A DNA stretch of 64,000 nt from a virus (Duplodnaviria; Caudoviricetes): positions 62,041 through 126,040 of IMG/VR virus record IMGVR_UViG_3300032038_007781. One strand, 5' to 3'. Below the pieces are notes generated by a model. The model saw nothing but the letters and a program-made list of their open reading frames with translations, had not been told where the DNA came from and made no database searches. Made by a program: the position numbers and the translations under genes. This document shows, piece after piece, positions 48,381 to 57,806 of the stretch (its first letter is position 1; every line of letters begins with the position of its first letter).

Positions 48381-49766
48381 TTATTTTTTTAAACCAAATA
48401 TTCGTTTAGGTCTTACTTTCTTAACCGTTTGTTTATCAGTAATATTAGGCTCATTTTTAGGTTCATTTGGTTTACTATTAGTTTCTTCTGCGTTTATTAA
48501 ATCAGCGTCAGTTATGATAGCCAAATCGCCTATTTCTATGCCTTTATTATCATATAGGAAGAAAGTTCCACTCTTATTTATTATATAATATAGTTTATTG
48601 TCTTTAGATACAAGGCAAGTATTCTTATCCCAAACTTCTGAAACCGTATCAAACCATATATTCTTGCTAACAAGAATATCATTATAATCTTCTGAAGAAT
48701 TAATTAAAGGTTTGTAAATAAAGTTCCATTTCCATTCATTTTTATTTTCAGTTGTTATAAAACTATAAGGTCTACCACCAATTGTTTCTCTTCTTATTTG
48801 CGGATTATCAGTATCACCTACCATAGCATAATCACCGTAAAACACACTACTAAGATATTTAAAAGGAACGCCTTTTAATCTGCCAATATATTCAGGTTTA
48901 ATTGTGTCTTTTTTAACAAAAAAGAACCTATCAAGCCCTAAAGCACTTCTAACGTCAACATTGTTATTATTATATTCTTCGTAAGTATGCTCAACGTTTA
49001 ATTCTCTAAACGTATGGCCACAATCATCACTAACAGCAAAAGGCTGTAATGCGTTGTAGTCCCTGAATATTGCAACAAAGCCATCACCAGGACCGTGGAA
49101 AATAATACCCTTTATCTTTCTATTAAGCATCAAATCACTACAAAGCATATGGTCAATGCTATATGCAACATCACCCCTTTCATATGTTAATCGCCTTCCT
49201 GCATTGTAAAGGTGTATTAAATTATGCCCAAATTTTCTTTCAGCATAAGAATATAATTTATCACCTAATATTAATTTAAGTTGGTCTTCTAACCTCCAAT
49301 GTCTTCTATATACTTGTTTAGCTATTTTTTCATCTAAAATAACAAAACTCCAAAAAGGCTTTGGGTTAATTGTTTTACAAGCAATCATAACAGCAGGTTT
49401 GCCACGTCCACCACCTTTGTTATCTTTTTCACCATAAATCCAACGTCTTGCACTATATCTTGACGTGCCACCATCATAGTCCAATGTTGGGTTTGGATTA
49501 CCATTTTCATCTTTAACTTCAGCCCTTGGGTCAAAGCTTGGGTATATTGTGGTATATATACCAGGGCCATATGAATTAACCAAATTATAAAAACTTTCCC
49601 ATCCTGATTTAAGAATGCCACCTTTAAGGTTATTTTCTGATGTCATATGGTAAACATACACAGGGCCATTTACAAAATCACTTTCTGGAATGGAATCATA
49701 ATTAAACGTTTCTTTCTTTTTAGTTTCGCATAATACGTTTTCTACTACATTATTAAATAACCCCAT
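48381..49766 (-). CDS. ART-fold-like late protein with C-terminal KRIFGLKK
   Basis: VYVYHMT...ILKSG...YGPGIYTT. Confidence 0.55.
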   Translation of the reverse strand: MGLFNNVVENVLCETKKKETFNYDSIPESDFVNGPVYVYHMTSENNLKGGILKSGWESFYNLVNSYGPGIYTTIYPSFDPRAEVKDENGNPNPTLDYDGGTSRYSARRWIYGEKDNKGGGRGKPAVMIACKTINPKPFWSFVILDEKIAKQVYRRHWRLEDQLKLILGDKLYSYAERKFGHNLIHLYNAGRRLTYERGDVAYSIDHMLCSDLMLNRKIKGIIFHGPGDGFVAIFRDYNALQPFAVSDDCGHTFRELNVEHTYEEYNNNNVDVRSALGLDRFFFVKKDTIKPEYIGRLKGVPFKYLSSVFYGDYAMVGDTDNPQIRRETIGGRPYSFITTENKNEWKWNFIYKPLINSSEDYNDILVSKNIWFDTVSEVWDKNTCLVSKDNKLYYIINKSGTFFLYDNKGIEIGDLAIITDADLINAEETNSKPNEPKNEPNITDKQTVKKVRPKRIFGLKK

Positions 49767-51468
49767 GATTTAAATTGTTAGCTTCAATTATTTTATTCCA
49801 CATTTTGTAAAATTTGGATTTTATTTGCTTTTGCTCCATTGCCATTTGTTGGTTATGTTGAATTTGTTTTTCTAACTCATTTTCTGAAATTCCCAAACAA
49901 TTTAAAAAATCATTAAAAGTGAATTCATTTCCTTCATTAATCACCCTATTTTCTTTCATAACATATTCTTTTTGCTTAGCTTTAACTGCATTGATTACCT
50001 TTGCCACATTACTATACATTTCAGTAAGTTCATGTATATCTTTGAAGCTATTAGCTACTTCTCTCCATTTATTTCTTACATCCGCAAGACCAATTCTTAA
50101 CGTCATTTGAACAGCACCATTACAAATTTCAATTTTTGAATTTTTCAATTTAACGTTTTTTTCACGGTCGATATTAGGTTCGTGCATAAAATATGAACGC
50201 AATATATCACTAATATTATCAGGACGTGATTTAATAAGCTTAACAGTGTCGTTATATATTGGGTTATCACCTATTAAGTCCAATAAAGCTTCTCTTGTTA
50301 ATTCAATGTTAACTGCGTTGTCAGGTATCATGTTTTCATCTTCATCACCATTTTGTGCATTATCATCCTGTGTGCCAATTTCATTACCAATAGAATTTTT
50401 TTCATCGTCAGACATCAAATCAAGCGCTTTTTGATTAAACTTATGCGACATATTTTCCATATTAGCATCTTCTTGGAATTCTTGCCAAAGACGTTGGTCA
50501 ACTACTTGTACATCTTGTATATCCCAATAAATAACTTGTGTGAAATTCCCATCATTATAGCTTTGGAAATTACTGAATCTATCCCATGCTTTCCCAACAC
50601 CTTTATTCATTTTATACGCTGAATCTCTATCAACGCCTAATTTTGCTTCAGCTTCACCATCACTCATTTCATCACCATTATACCTATATGGCTTACGTGC
50701 TCTTAATGGATAATTTGGGTTAACAACTTCGCACCCAATTTCATTCCATTGATTTGATGTGGCAATCAAAGTTGGCGCACCTGGTCTATTATAAGTTAAC
50801 CATTGAGAAAGAATCCACACTGTATTTTTTTCACTTAATGCTTTCGTTGCCAAAACATACTTAGCACTACCAAATTCCGCATTACCTATGCTATTTTGCA
50901 TACCATCTACGGAATCTGATGCTATCCTAATTCCATTTAGCATTTTTTGTATTTCAGGATTATGAATATTTGCAAAAATAGCTTCAGCCATATTAGCCAT
51001 ATTTTCGTTAATTGGCTGATTTAACGCTTCTATCGTTTTTTCAATAACAAATGGCGTAGATGAAGCCATTTTTTTATCATATGGGTTAACAGTATATCCA
51101 TACCTTTCGATAATGTCAAACAATTCATTTAAAATGCTTTTCTCCTCAGCATAATCATCCATAAACTCTTCCCAATCTATAGGCACCCAGTCTTCAGGCT
51201 TATCATCCCTTGGTATTTTAATGCTATATTTACCGTCTTTATCTAAAGCAGGAAAAATAACCTCATAGCCACCTTTTTCTCTAATAGTTTGGTTTGTTTT
51301 TGGGTCTGTATTTGATATTAAATTGGCAATAAAATTTTCATCCTTTAATGTACCTACTATATCTTCTATTTTAGACTCATCAGGTAGATGCACATTGAAA
51401 TATATAGCATTTGTTTTATCACTATATACCATTTTTACTCTAGCTGACATATTTATATTATTAGCCAT
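49753..51468 (-). CDS. late protein with a possible ArdC-like ssDNA-binding domain
   Basis: LSEKNTVWILSQ...TLIATSNQWNEIGCEV...YWDIQDV; ATATTTAT at 51503-51510. Confidence 0.5.
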   Translation of the reverse strand: MANNINMSARVKMVYSDKTNAIYFNVHLPDESKIEDIVGTLKDENFIANLISNTDPKTNQTIREKGGYEVIFPALDKDGKYSIKIPRDDKPEDWVPIDWEEFMDDYAEEKSILNELFDIIERYGYTVNPYDKKMASSTPFVIEKTIEALNQPINENMANMAEAIFANIHNPEIQKMLNGIRIASDSVDGMQNSIGNAEFGSAKYVLATKALSEKNTVWILSQWLTYNRPGAPTLIATSNQWNEIGCEVVNPNYPLRARKPYRYNGDEMSDGEAEAKLGVDRDSAYKMNKGVGKAWDRFSNFQSYNDGNFTQVIYWDIQDVQVVDQRLWQEFQEDANMENMSHKFNQKALDLMSDDEKNSIGNEIGTQDDNAQNGDEDENMIPDNAVNIELTREALLDLIGDNPIYNDTVKLIKSRPDNISDILRSYFMHEPNIDREKNVKLKNSKIEICNGAVQMTLRIGLADVRNKWREVANSFKDIHELTEMYSNVAKVINAVKAKQKEYVMKENRVINEGNEFTFNDFLNCLGISENELEKQIQHNQQMAMEQKQIKSKFYKMWNKIIEANNLNHGVI

Positions 51469-51563
51469 TATATAATATTTTTATAAAAATTATAATTTAT
51501 CTATAAATATTAAATAGCGTGTAAAAATAAAAAAGGTGAATCAGTTAAGATTCACCTTTAATA

Positions 51564-52061
51564 TTATCTATGCCAACCGTTTGGCCTATGTATATGATTG
51601 CCACCAAAAATTCTGCTGCCATTATTGAAATTACTTCTTGGCCTATTGTTATATCTTCCACCAAAAACCCTATTCACATAATCCCTTCTTTTTTGTGGAA
51701 ACCTATTAATTCTTTGATAATTAATATATGGTCTTCTTCTGAAGAATGAATTCCTTCTTGGAACGTATCTATAGCCTGTTCTATAATTAAATCTTGGATA
51801 ATATCCTCTTGCAAAAGGTCTTGAATACCCACGATAGTACCAATAGCCATTGTAGAAAAGTGGATAGTAATAGACACCGTTATACAAGTAATAATTCAAC
51901 CTATTATTGTAGTAATATGGAGTACCATTTGAAAGTACTATGCTTATGTCAAAACTACTATTTGGGTATTCATCATCAGTGCTTCCAAAAGTTGCTGAGC
52001 ATGAAGTAAGTCCTATAGCTATATAGAATATACTAATTAAAATTAATAAATATTTTTTCAT
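51564..52061 (-). CDS. lipoprotein, Tyr/Arg/Gly-rich
   Basis: Signal peptide with LTSC lipobox; promoter at 52172-52203. Confidence 0.7.
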   Translation of the reverse strand: MKKYLLILISIFYIAIGLTSCSATFGSTDDEYPNSSFDISIVLSNGTPYYYNNRLNYYLYNGVYYYPLFYNGYWYYRGYSRPFARGYYPRFNYRTGYRYVPRRNSFFRRRPYINYQRINRFPQKRRDYVNRVFGGRYNNRPRSNFNNGSRIFGGNHIHRPNGWHR

Positions 52062-52244
52062 GATTTTATTATTATATTAATAATATATATTATATAATAT
52101 TATATAGATTATTATATATAATATATTATATTATTATTTATTTCTTTTGCTTCTTTTCTTTGTATGCACATCAAATATACAAATTAAATTTGTATAAAAC
52201 AAATTATTTTTGGTAATGATATAGAAGTTGACCCAACTTTTAAT

Positions 52245-52277
52245 ATTTCCTCAGAGTCAAACAGATTCTGAGGAAAT
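52245..52277. other. strong intergenic hairpin
   Basis: ATTTCCTCAGAGTC-AAACA-GATTCTGAGGAAAT. Confidence 0.55.
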
Positions 52278-52443
52278 TATTTTTGTATTTGATTTTTACT
52301 ATAGAATTATCATATACAATTTACTATGTAAATTGAAATTCGTATATTTGTCGAAATTTGTAACGTTATACGTATAAAATAATTTATATGTAAATCATTT
52401 TTTATTCATTTTTAATATTTATTATTAAAAGTATATTATAATT

Positions 52444-52794
52444 ATGAAACAATTAATTAGATTAAGAGAAGGTGATTTACATCAGATAGTAGAAAACTGT
52501 GTAAGAAAAGCCTTAAATGAACTTGCGCCTCAAACATATCAAAATTATGCAAATGGAAGATGGCAACAAAGTATGAATAAAAGAGGATACTCACCTGCCT
52601 TATCAAGAAAACATGATAATTATAAACATCAAATGCAAGGATATAAATCATATGTCCAACCCAATATGAACAATGATGAATATGATGAGTATACAAATCA
52701 ATTATGGCGTAATGGATTGCAAAGTCAATCAAGAGAAGGCCAAGATATGGCAAATGGATGGAAAGGTGATGGACATGGAGGATTAGAATACTGA
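52444..52794 (+). CDS. putative internal head protein (MKQLIRLREGDLHQIVE leader)
   Basis: Shared leader; ATATTTAT at 52415-52422. Confidence 0.7.
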   Translation: MKQLIRLREGDLHQIVENCVRKALNELAPQTYQNYANGRWQQSMNKRGYSPALSRKHDNYKHQMQGYKSYVQPNMNNDEYDEYTNQLWRNGLQSQSREGQDMANGWKGDGHGGLEY

Positions 52795-52822
52795 ACTACT
52801 CCCTCCTAAAGGAGGGAGCTTC
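52792..52822 (-). mobile_element. orphan IS200/IS605-family right-end-like hairpin
   Basis: Minus strand GAAGCTCCCTCC-TTTA-GGAGGGAGTAGTTCA, matching the pattern of tnpB-element right ends. Confidence 0.55.
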
Positions 52823-53101
52823 TTGCAAATAATAACTTAAAAAACTTTATTATACAGTTACCCAGTTAGTACCATTATACTGATAAACTATGTCACCCAT
52901 TCCAGTTAGATAAATCTCCGATAGAAGTTAACCCATTACATTATTTTCGTAAAGTTTTAAAAAAATCATGCTATTCTATTTTATCTATAAATATTTTACA
53001 TACAACAATTGTTAAAATTTTAAAATCTTGAAAAAAGGATATGAAGAAATTATGCAAAAAAAGTTGGAGATTTCTCCCAAACTTTAACTATTCTATGCCA
53101 T

Positions 53102-53176
53102 TTATATGTTACTTAATCTTTCCTCAGCATATTTACACTGTTTCTCAGAAATTTCACTTCCAATATAATGAAGACC
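53102..53176 (-). pseudogene. 3' fragment of a DNA methyltransferase paralog
   Basis: GLHYIGSEISEKQCKYAEERLSNI* vs 60735-61499 GLHYLGSELSENQCKYAEERIKNIAV; no start codon. Confidence 0.8.
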
Positions 53177-53261
53177 TTATTTAATTTTTTAAATAAATAT
53201 CAGTAAGATTTGTTTTATTTAGTATTTGAGTTAACTGCTATATTGTTGCCTTATTTTTTTG

Positions 53262-53573
53262 TTAATTTTGGTTAATTTCTTCTTTATCATCATTATCAAT
53301 CGTTTCCATATATTCACATGCTTTTGTTCCTTTTAGTTTATTTGGGAAAACTTTACTGACAGAACTACCTGCTACATAACCACCAAGGCATAGCATAAAT
53401 ATACCTACATTTTCCATATCAGTTTTAATGTAATCATTGTGTATCACATCCCATACAATTGCAAAACAAATTATAACGCCAATTAAAATTGATATAAAAC
53501 TTGAAACTACAAGTGTAAAACTTCTGCTACTATCAGCGGAGTTTATGTTAATTAAAGACCTTAAAAAATTCAT
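53262..53573 (-). CDS. two-TM membrane protein, holin candidate
   Basis: Two hydrophobic helices; late motif at 53600-53607; adjacent to lysozyme. Confidence 0.5.
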   Translation of the reverse strand: MNFLRSLININSADSSRSFTLVVSSFISILIGVIICFAIVWDVIHNDYIKTDMENVGIFMLCLGGYVAGSSVSKVFPNKLKGTKACEYMETIDNDDKEEINQN

Positions 53574-53661
53574 AATATTTTATTTAACTTTTATTAACTA
53601 TAAATATTTTCAATAACAGAATAATTATATTATATTGCCGTTATAACCAATTTTTGACATC

Positions 53662-54396
53662 ATGAATAATTTAGTAAAAAATAATCCTACTGCTAAAAGA
53701 GCAATAAGCATTTATAATGCCAAAAAGAAGATTAAAGATAATATAAAATGCTCTTTACTTTTTTGGGGTATCATAGGTACATCAACGCTCTTTGGTAATC
53801 CTATGCCTTCAGGGTATATTAAGACTAAAATAGTTACTAAAGAACATAAAAAAATAAATGAGCAACGTATTGCCAATAATGTGAGTGAAAATAACGATGT
53901 AAAAAAGCAAAAAACAGTTGAAAAAGTTCACATTTCAAAAAATGGCATGGCGTTCATTAAAAGTACTGAAACATTGTCAAGAAGAGCTTATTGGGATGTT
54001 AATGGTATAACTTTAGGTTGGGGTCATAAAATAAATTCAAAAGACCCTAAATGGTTGAGAAATAAAAAGGTAGGTGATTGGATATCAAAAAAAGATGCAG
54101 ATGAATTATTTGAAAAAGATATGAATGAATTCATTAACCCTGCACTTGTTAGAATCACCGATGAATTATCAGCTAATAAAGTATATGTTAGTCAAGATTT
54201 TGTTGATGGACTTGCGTCATTAATTTATAATTGTGGTGAACAAGGAATAAAAACAACAAGATTTTATGAACTTTTAAAAAGTGGAAAAATTAAACAAGCA
54301 ATTTCTTGCGTTAGTGAAACAAGGGTATATCAAAAAGGCCATATTGAAAGACGAAAAAATGAACAAGCTATGATGAATGGAAACTATGAAATATAG
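53662..54396 (+). CDS. GH24 phage lysozyme with N-terminal hydrophobic segment
   Basis: ISKNGMAFIKSTE-TLSRRAYW-D-VNGI-TLGWGH; SLIYNCG; RRKNE. Confidence 0.8.
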   Translation: MNNLVKNNPTAKRAISIYNAKKKIKDNIKCSLLFWGIIGTSTLFGNPMPSGYIKTKIVTKEHKKINEQRIANNVSENNDVKKQKTVEKVHISKNGMAFIKSTETLSRRAYWDVNGITLGWGHKINSKDPKWLRNKKVGDWISKKDADELFEKDMNEFINPALVRITDELSANKVYVSQDFVDGLASLIYNCGEQGIKTTRFYELLKSGKIKQAISCVSETRVYQKGHIERRKNEQAMMNGNYEI

Positions 54397-54444
54397 TTTC
54401 CATTTTTTATTTCCGATATATTTATTACTATATTATTGCATAAA

Positions 54445-55611
54445 ATGGACTTTAATTTTGAAGATATAGTTAAAAATACGTTAAATGAAAGCATTTCAAG
54501 TATTTGCTTTCATTTTACAGGGTTGGATAATTTTGTTAAAATTATTAAGAGCAACAGATTTATTCTAAAAACAAATGCTGTTTCAAAAAGTGAACATTGG
54601 AATCAGCCAAAAAGAAGATTCTTTATGTCAGTTACAAGAGCATCAAACCCATATATAGGTTATAATTCTTGGGTTTCAAATGGGTTTGTAAGATTAACAC
54701 TTGATGGTGATTTATTATCTAATAATTATAGGGGAAAGCCTGTTAACTTTTTTAGATGGCCTGATAAATATAATACTATAGACGGTGACGATAGTGATTA
54801 TGATTATATAGATTTAAAAGACAGGGATAAAAGGGAGTTTTCAACTAAGCAAAGTGCTTTAAATGGAATAAAGGACATTTGGAATGATAAGTCAGTGACA
54901 AATCTTCACGACTTACAAGGTTCTAACCAATTAAAATATCAAGCGCAAATTGAAAATGAGGATAGGATATTTTCTGACAAGCCATTTATAAATGATGCTA
55001 AAAGATATATTAAAAGAGTGGATATATTAATAGCAAAATCAGCTAAAGATAGGGGGTCTTATAAAAAAGTTATATTAAGAGAATTAAATAATATAAAAGA
55101 TTATTTTACTGAACGTTATGATATTTTCCATTTTTATGGAACTATGGAAGATTTTGCAAACAATAGAAATGAAATTCAAATTCTACCAAGTGAATTGATT
55201 AATATAGGTCAAAATAATCAACATGATTTTAATGAAGAAGTAACGTCTTGTATTTGTAATGTAGCATTGTTTATGGGGCTGTACTATGTTATGATGGATG
55301 ATAATGCCCCATTTGCGTTTAAAGTTGATGCCATTAGTATAGCAGAAGAATATCTTGATGATTATGGTTTATCAAATTATTCAGCACCTATGGCACAAAT
55401 GGCAAGTGAATTATATTCAGACGAATTAGGTGAAGAAGAATTAAATATACTTTCAAGTAAAGCGCAAGAAGGAATTAAAAAATTAAATTGCGACTATGCA
55501 GAAAGTGATGATGCATTAAATTGCGTTAAAATGCTAACTGATTTTGTGAGAGAAATGGGAGGAGATTCTATATTTTTTCATAATGGTATTATGCAAAAAT
55601 TAAAAAGGTAA
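54445..55611 (+). CDS. ART-fold-like late protein
   Basis: IVKNTLNES leader; CFHFT...IIKSN...FMSVTR...ENEDRI (ExE); ATATTTAT at 54418-54425. Confidence 0.55.
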   Translation: MDFNFEDIVKNTLNESISSICFHFTGLDNFVKIIKSNRFILKTNAVSKSEHWNQPKRRFFMSVTRASNPYIGYNSWVSNGFVRLTLDGDLLSNNYRGKPVNFFRWPDKYNTIDGDDSDYDYIDLKDRDKREFSTKQSALNGIKDIWNDKSVTNLHDLQGSNQLKYQAQIENEDRIFSDKPFINDAKRYIKRVDILIAKSAKDRGSYKKVILRELNNIKDYFTERYDIFHFYGTMEDFANNRNEIQILPSELINIGQNNQHDFNEEVTSCICNVALFMGLYYVMMDDNAPFAFKVDAISIAEEYLDDYGLSNYSAPMAQMASELYSDELGEEELNILSSKAQEGIKKLNCDYAESDDALNCVKMLTDFVREMGGDSIFFHNGIMQKLKR

Positions 55612-55653
55612 GTGATTTCGCTTACCTTTTTTTTATTTTTTAACATTAAAAGC

Positions 55654-55684
55654 TTTGCAGTATAAAAATAAATAGTTATATTTG
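55654..55684 (+). promoter_or_regulatory. Bacteroidetes-type promoter of the TBDR-nadR-pnuC operon
   Basis: TTTG-N19-TATATTTG. Confidence 0.75.
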
Positions 55685-55722
55685 CCATTGTTAATTAAAT
55701 GTATAACTAATAAAAGTTTAGA

Positions 55723-57804
55723 ATGAAAAAATTACTTCTAATGTTTGCAATGCTTATTTCATCAATTGTAGCATTCGCAAATGAAGAATTGATGGATTCA
55801 ATCCATCACATAGATGAAGTTAGTGTTACGTCTTTTTATCGTAACAATGTGTTAACAGGTAGTCTTATTACAAGTGATGAACTTAGTAAATCTAACTTGC
55901 AGCAAGAGCCATCACATCTTTTTGCAAAATTACCATCTATCTTTTCAATGACTGATAATGGCACTGAATATGGATATGGGTATTTCAGAATTAGAGGACT
56001 TGACCAAACACGTATAAATGTAACATTGGATGGGTGTCCTTGGAATGAAGCCGAAGATTTTGGCGTTTATTTCGCTAATGTACCTGACCTTTTAAGTTCG
56101 ATGCAATCAGTTAAAATTGAACGTGGTGCATCATCTATGTATAATGGCATTGCAGGATTAGCTGGCGGTGTAAATTTTGAATCTATTGATGTATTTAAAC
56201 CACATAAATCGTATGCATCATTTGGCTATGGAAGTGATAAGACATTTGAAAATAGTGTTGCTTATAATATGATGCCAACAGATAAGTGGGGCTTACACGT
56301 AAGGTCGACACATTTTCAAACTGATGGTTATCGCAATTATAGCTCTAATAATTCGCATTCTTTTGCATTTAAAACTTCATACAAGTTTAATGACAAAAAC
56401 ATAATTGATTTCTTTGGTGTAACTGGTTATCATCGTAATGGACAAGGTTGGATTTTTAATTCTAAGGAAGAATTAGCAAATAACCCACGTGCAAATGGCA
56501 ATAGCAAAAAAGATACTGATGATTTTTGGACTTCTTTCTTAAAACTTCAATATAAAGGTTGGATTTCAGACCATGCATTGTTGACATCTGCATTATATTT
56601 CCAAACGCAGCGAGGTTCGTATCGTATGGATTTAGATAACTATATGCAACGTATGGTTGACCCTACATGGAAAATTGGTGCAACTAACTCACTTTATAGT
56701 TATGGTTTGCGATATTATATGGAAGGTACGTCTAATGCGTTAAAACTTATTTACGATAAATTTAACGTAACAGCAGGTGTATCAGCATACAATTATTATC
56801 GCCATCATTTTTTGGATAATAAATCTGAAAATGTAAACTTTAATGACAATGTATATAATGGTGGTGATTATTATGATAATGGCGGAAATAAGTTTGATTT
56901 AACGTTGTTTGGAATTGCTAATTATGAAATCCTTTCTAATTTAAAGGTAAATGCTAACGTTCAGTATCGCCACGTTAATTTCACATATACTGATTTACTC
57001 TCTAACAACAAATATTCTGGTTCAGAACTTGGCAGTAAGTGGGATTTTGCTAATTATGGCTTAGGGCTTGAATATAATCCAACATATAATCTTAAAACTT
57101 ATGTACGTTTTAACCACGTAAATCGTGAACCAACACGTAGTGATATGTTTGGTGGCAATGAATATATCACTTATAATGCTGATGGCACACCAGCTATTGC
57201 GACAAGTAAAGCTGAAAAGGCTAATGATTGGGAACTTGGAGCTGAATACGTTACCGATGACTTTAAATTTAATGCTAACTTGTTCTATATGAAATTTAAG
57301 GATGAACTTGTCCTTAATGGCGAGTTCGGCTTGAATGGTCTTCCTCAGCATGAAAATGCTAAGTCAAGTAAACGATATGGTGTCGAAGTTAGTGAATATT
57401 GGAATGTGTGGAATGGCTTAAATTTTGATAACACATTCTCTTTATCTAAGAATAAAGTAAGTACTGAAACATTTGGTGATAATATGAATTCTATTCTTTC
57501 ACCATCTATTATTTGGAACACTGATTTGAGTTGGAAGAAACCTACATATGGTATTGGTTTGAATTTTAACTTTTATTCTAAAATGTATGTGGATATGTCA
57601 AATGAACATTATATCCCTAATGGTTGTACTTTTAATCTTTATGGCAATATTAAGTTCAGTAAAGCATTAGAATTTATTGGTAAAATCAACAATGTATTTA
57701 ACCGTACTAATTACTGTTCAGGTGCGGTCGGTGCAAGTAATGAAACATTGTACTGCCCACTTGCAGGCACTAATGTGATGGGTATACTTAAAATTAATTT
57801 CTAA
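55723..57804 (+). CDS. TonB-dependent outer-membrane receptor
   Basis: Signal peptide; TonB box IDEVSVT; plug FRIRGLDQTRINVTLDG...SVKIERGA; NNVFNRTNY; terminal Phe. Confidence 0.9.
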   Translation: MKKLLLMFAMLISSIVAFANEELMDSIHHIDEVSVTSFYRNNVLTGSLITSDELSKSNLQQEPSHLFAKLPSIFSMTDNGTEYGYGYFRIRGLDQTRINVTLDGCPWNEAEDFGVYFANVPDLLSSMQSVKIERGASSMYNGIAGLAGGVNFESIDVFKPHKSYASFGYGSDKTFENSVAYNMMPTDKWGLHVRSTHFQTDGYRNYSSNNSHSFAFKTSYKFNDKNIIDFFGVTGYHRNGQGWIFNSKEELANNPRANGNSKKDTDDFWTSFLKLQYKGWISDHALLTSALYFQTQRGSYRMDLDNYMQRMVDPTWKIGATNSLYSYGLRYYMEGTSNALKLIYDKFNVTAGVSAYNYYRHHFLDNKSENVNFNDNVYNGGDYYDNGGNKFDLTLFGIANYEILSNLKVNANVQYRHVNFTYTDLLSNNKYSGSELGSKWDFANYGLGLEYNPTYNLKTYVRFNHVNREPTRSDMFGGNEYITYNADGTPAIATSKAEKANDWELGAEYVTDDFKFNANLFYMKFKDELVLNGEFGLNGLPQHENAKSSKRYGVEVSEYWNVWNGLNFDNTFSLSKNKVSTETFGDNMNSILSPSIIWNTDLSWKKPTYGIGLNFNFYSKMYVDMSNEHYIPNGCTFNLYGNIKFSKALEFIGKINNVFNRTNYCSGAVGASNETLYCPLAGTNVMGILKINF

Positions 57805-57806
57805 AT

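Noticed and set aside
52062-52165. Very AT-rich tract with a pyrimidine run as a replication origin
   Set aside because: No iterons or skew evidence available; compatible with a simple 5' UTR of the lipoprotein gene
55612-55722. TPP riboswitch upstream of the TBDR
   Set aside because: The region holds only a terminator and a promoter; no TPP aptamer consensus
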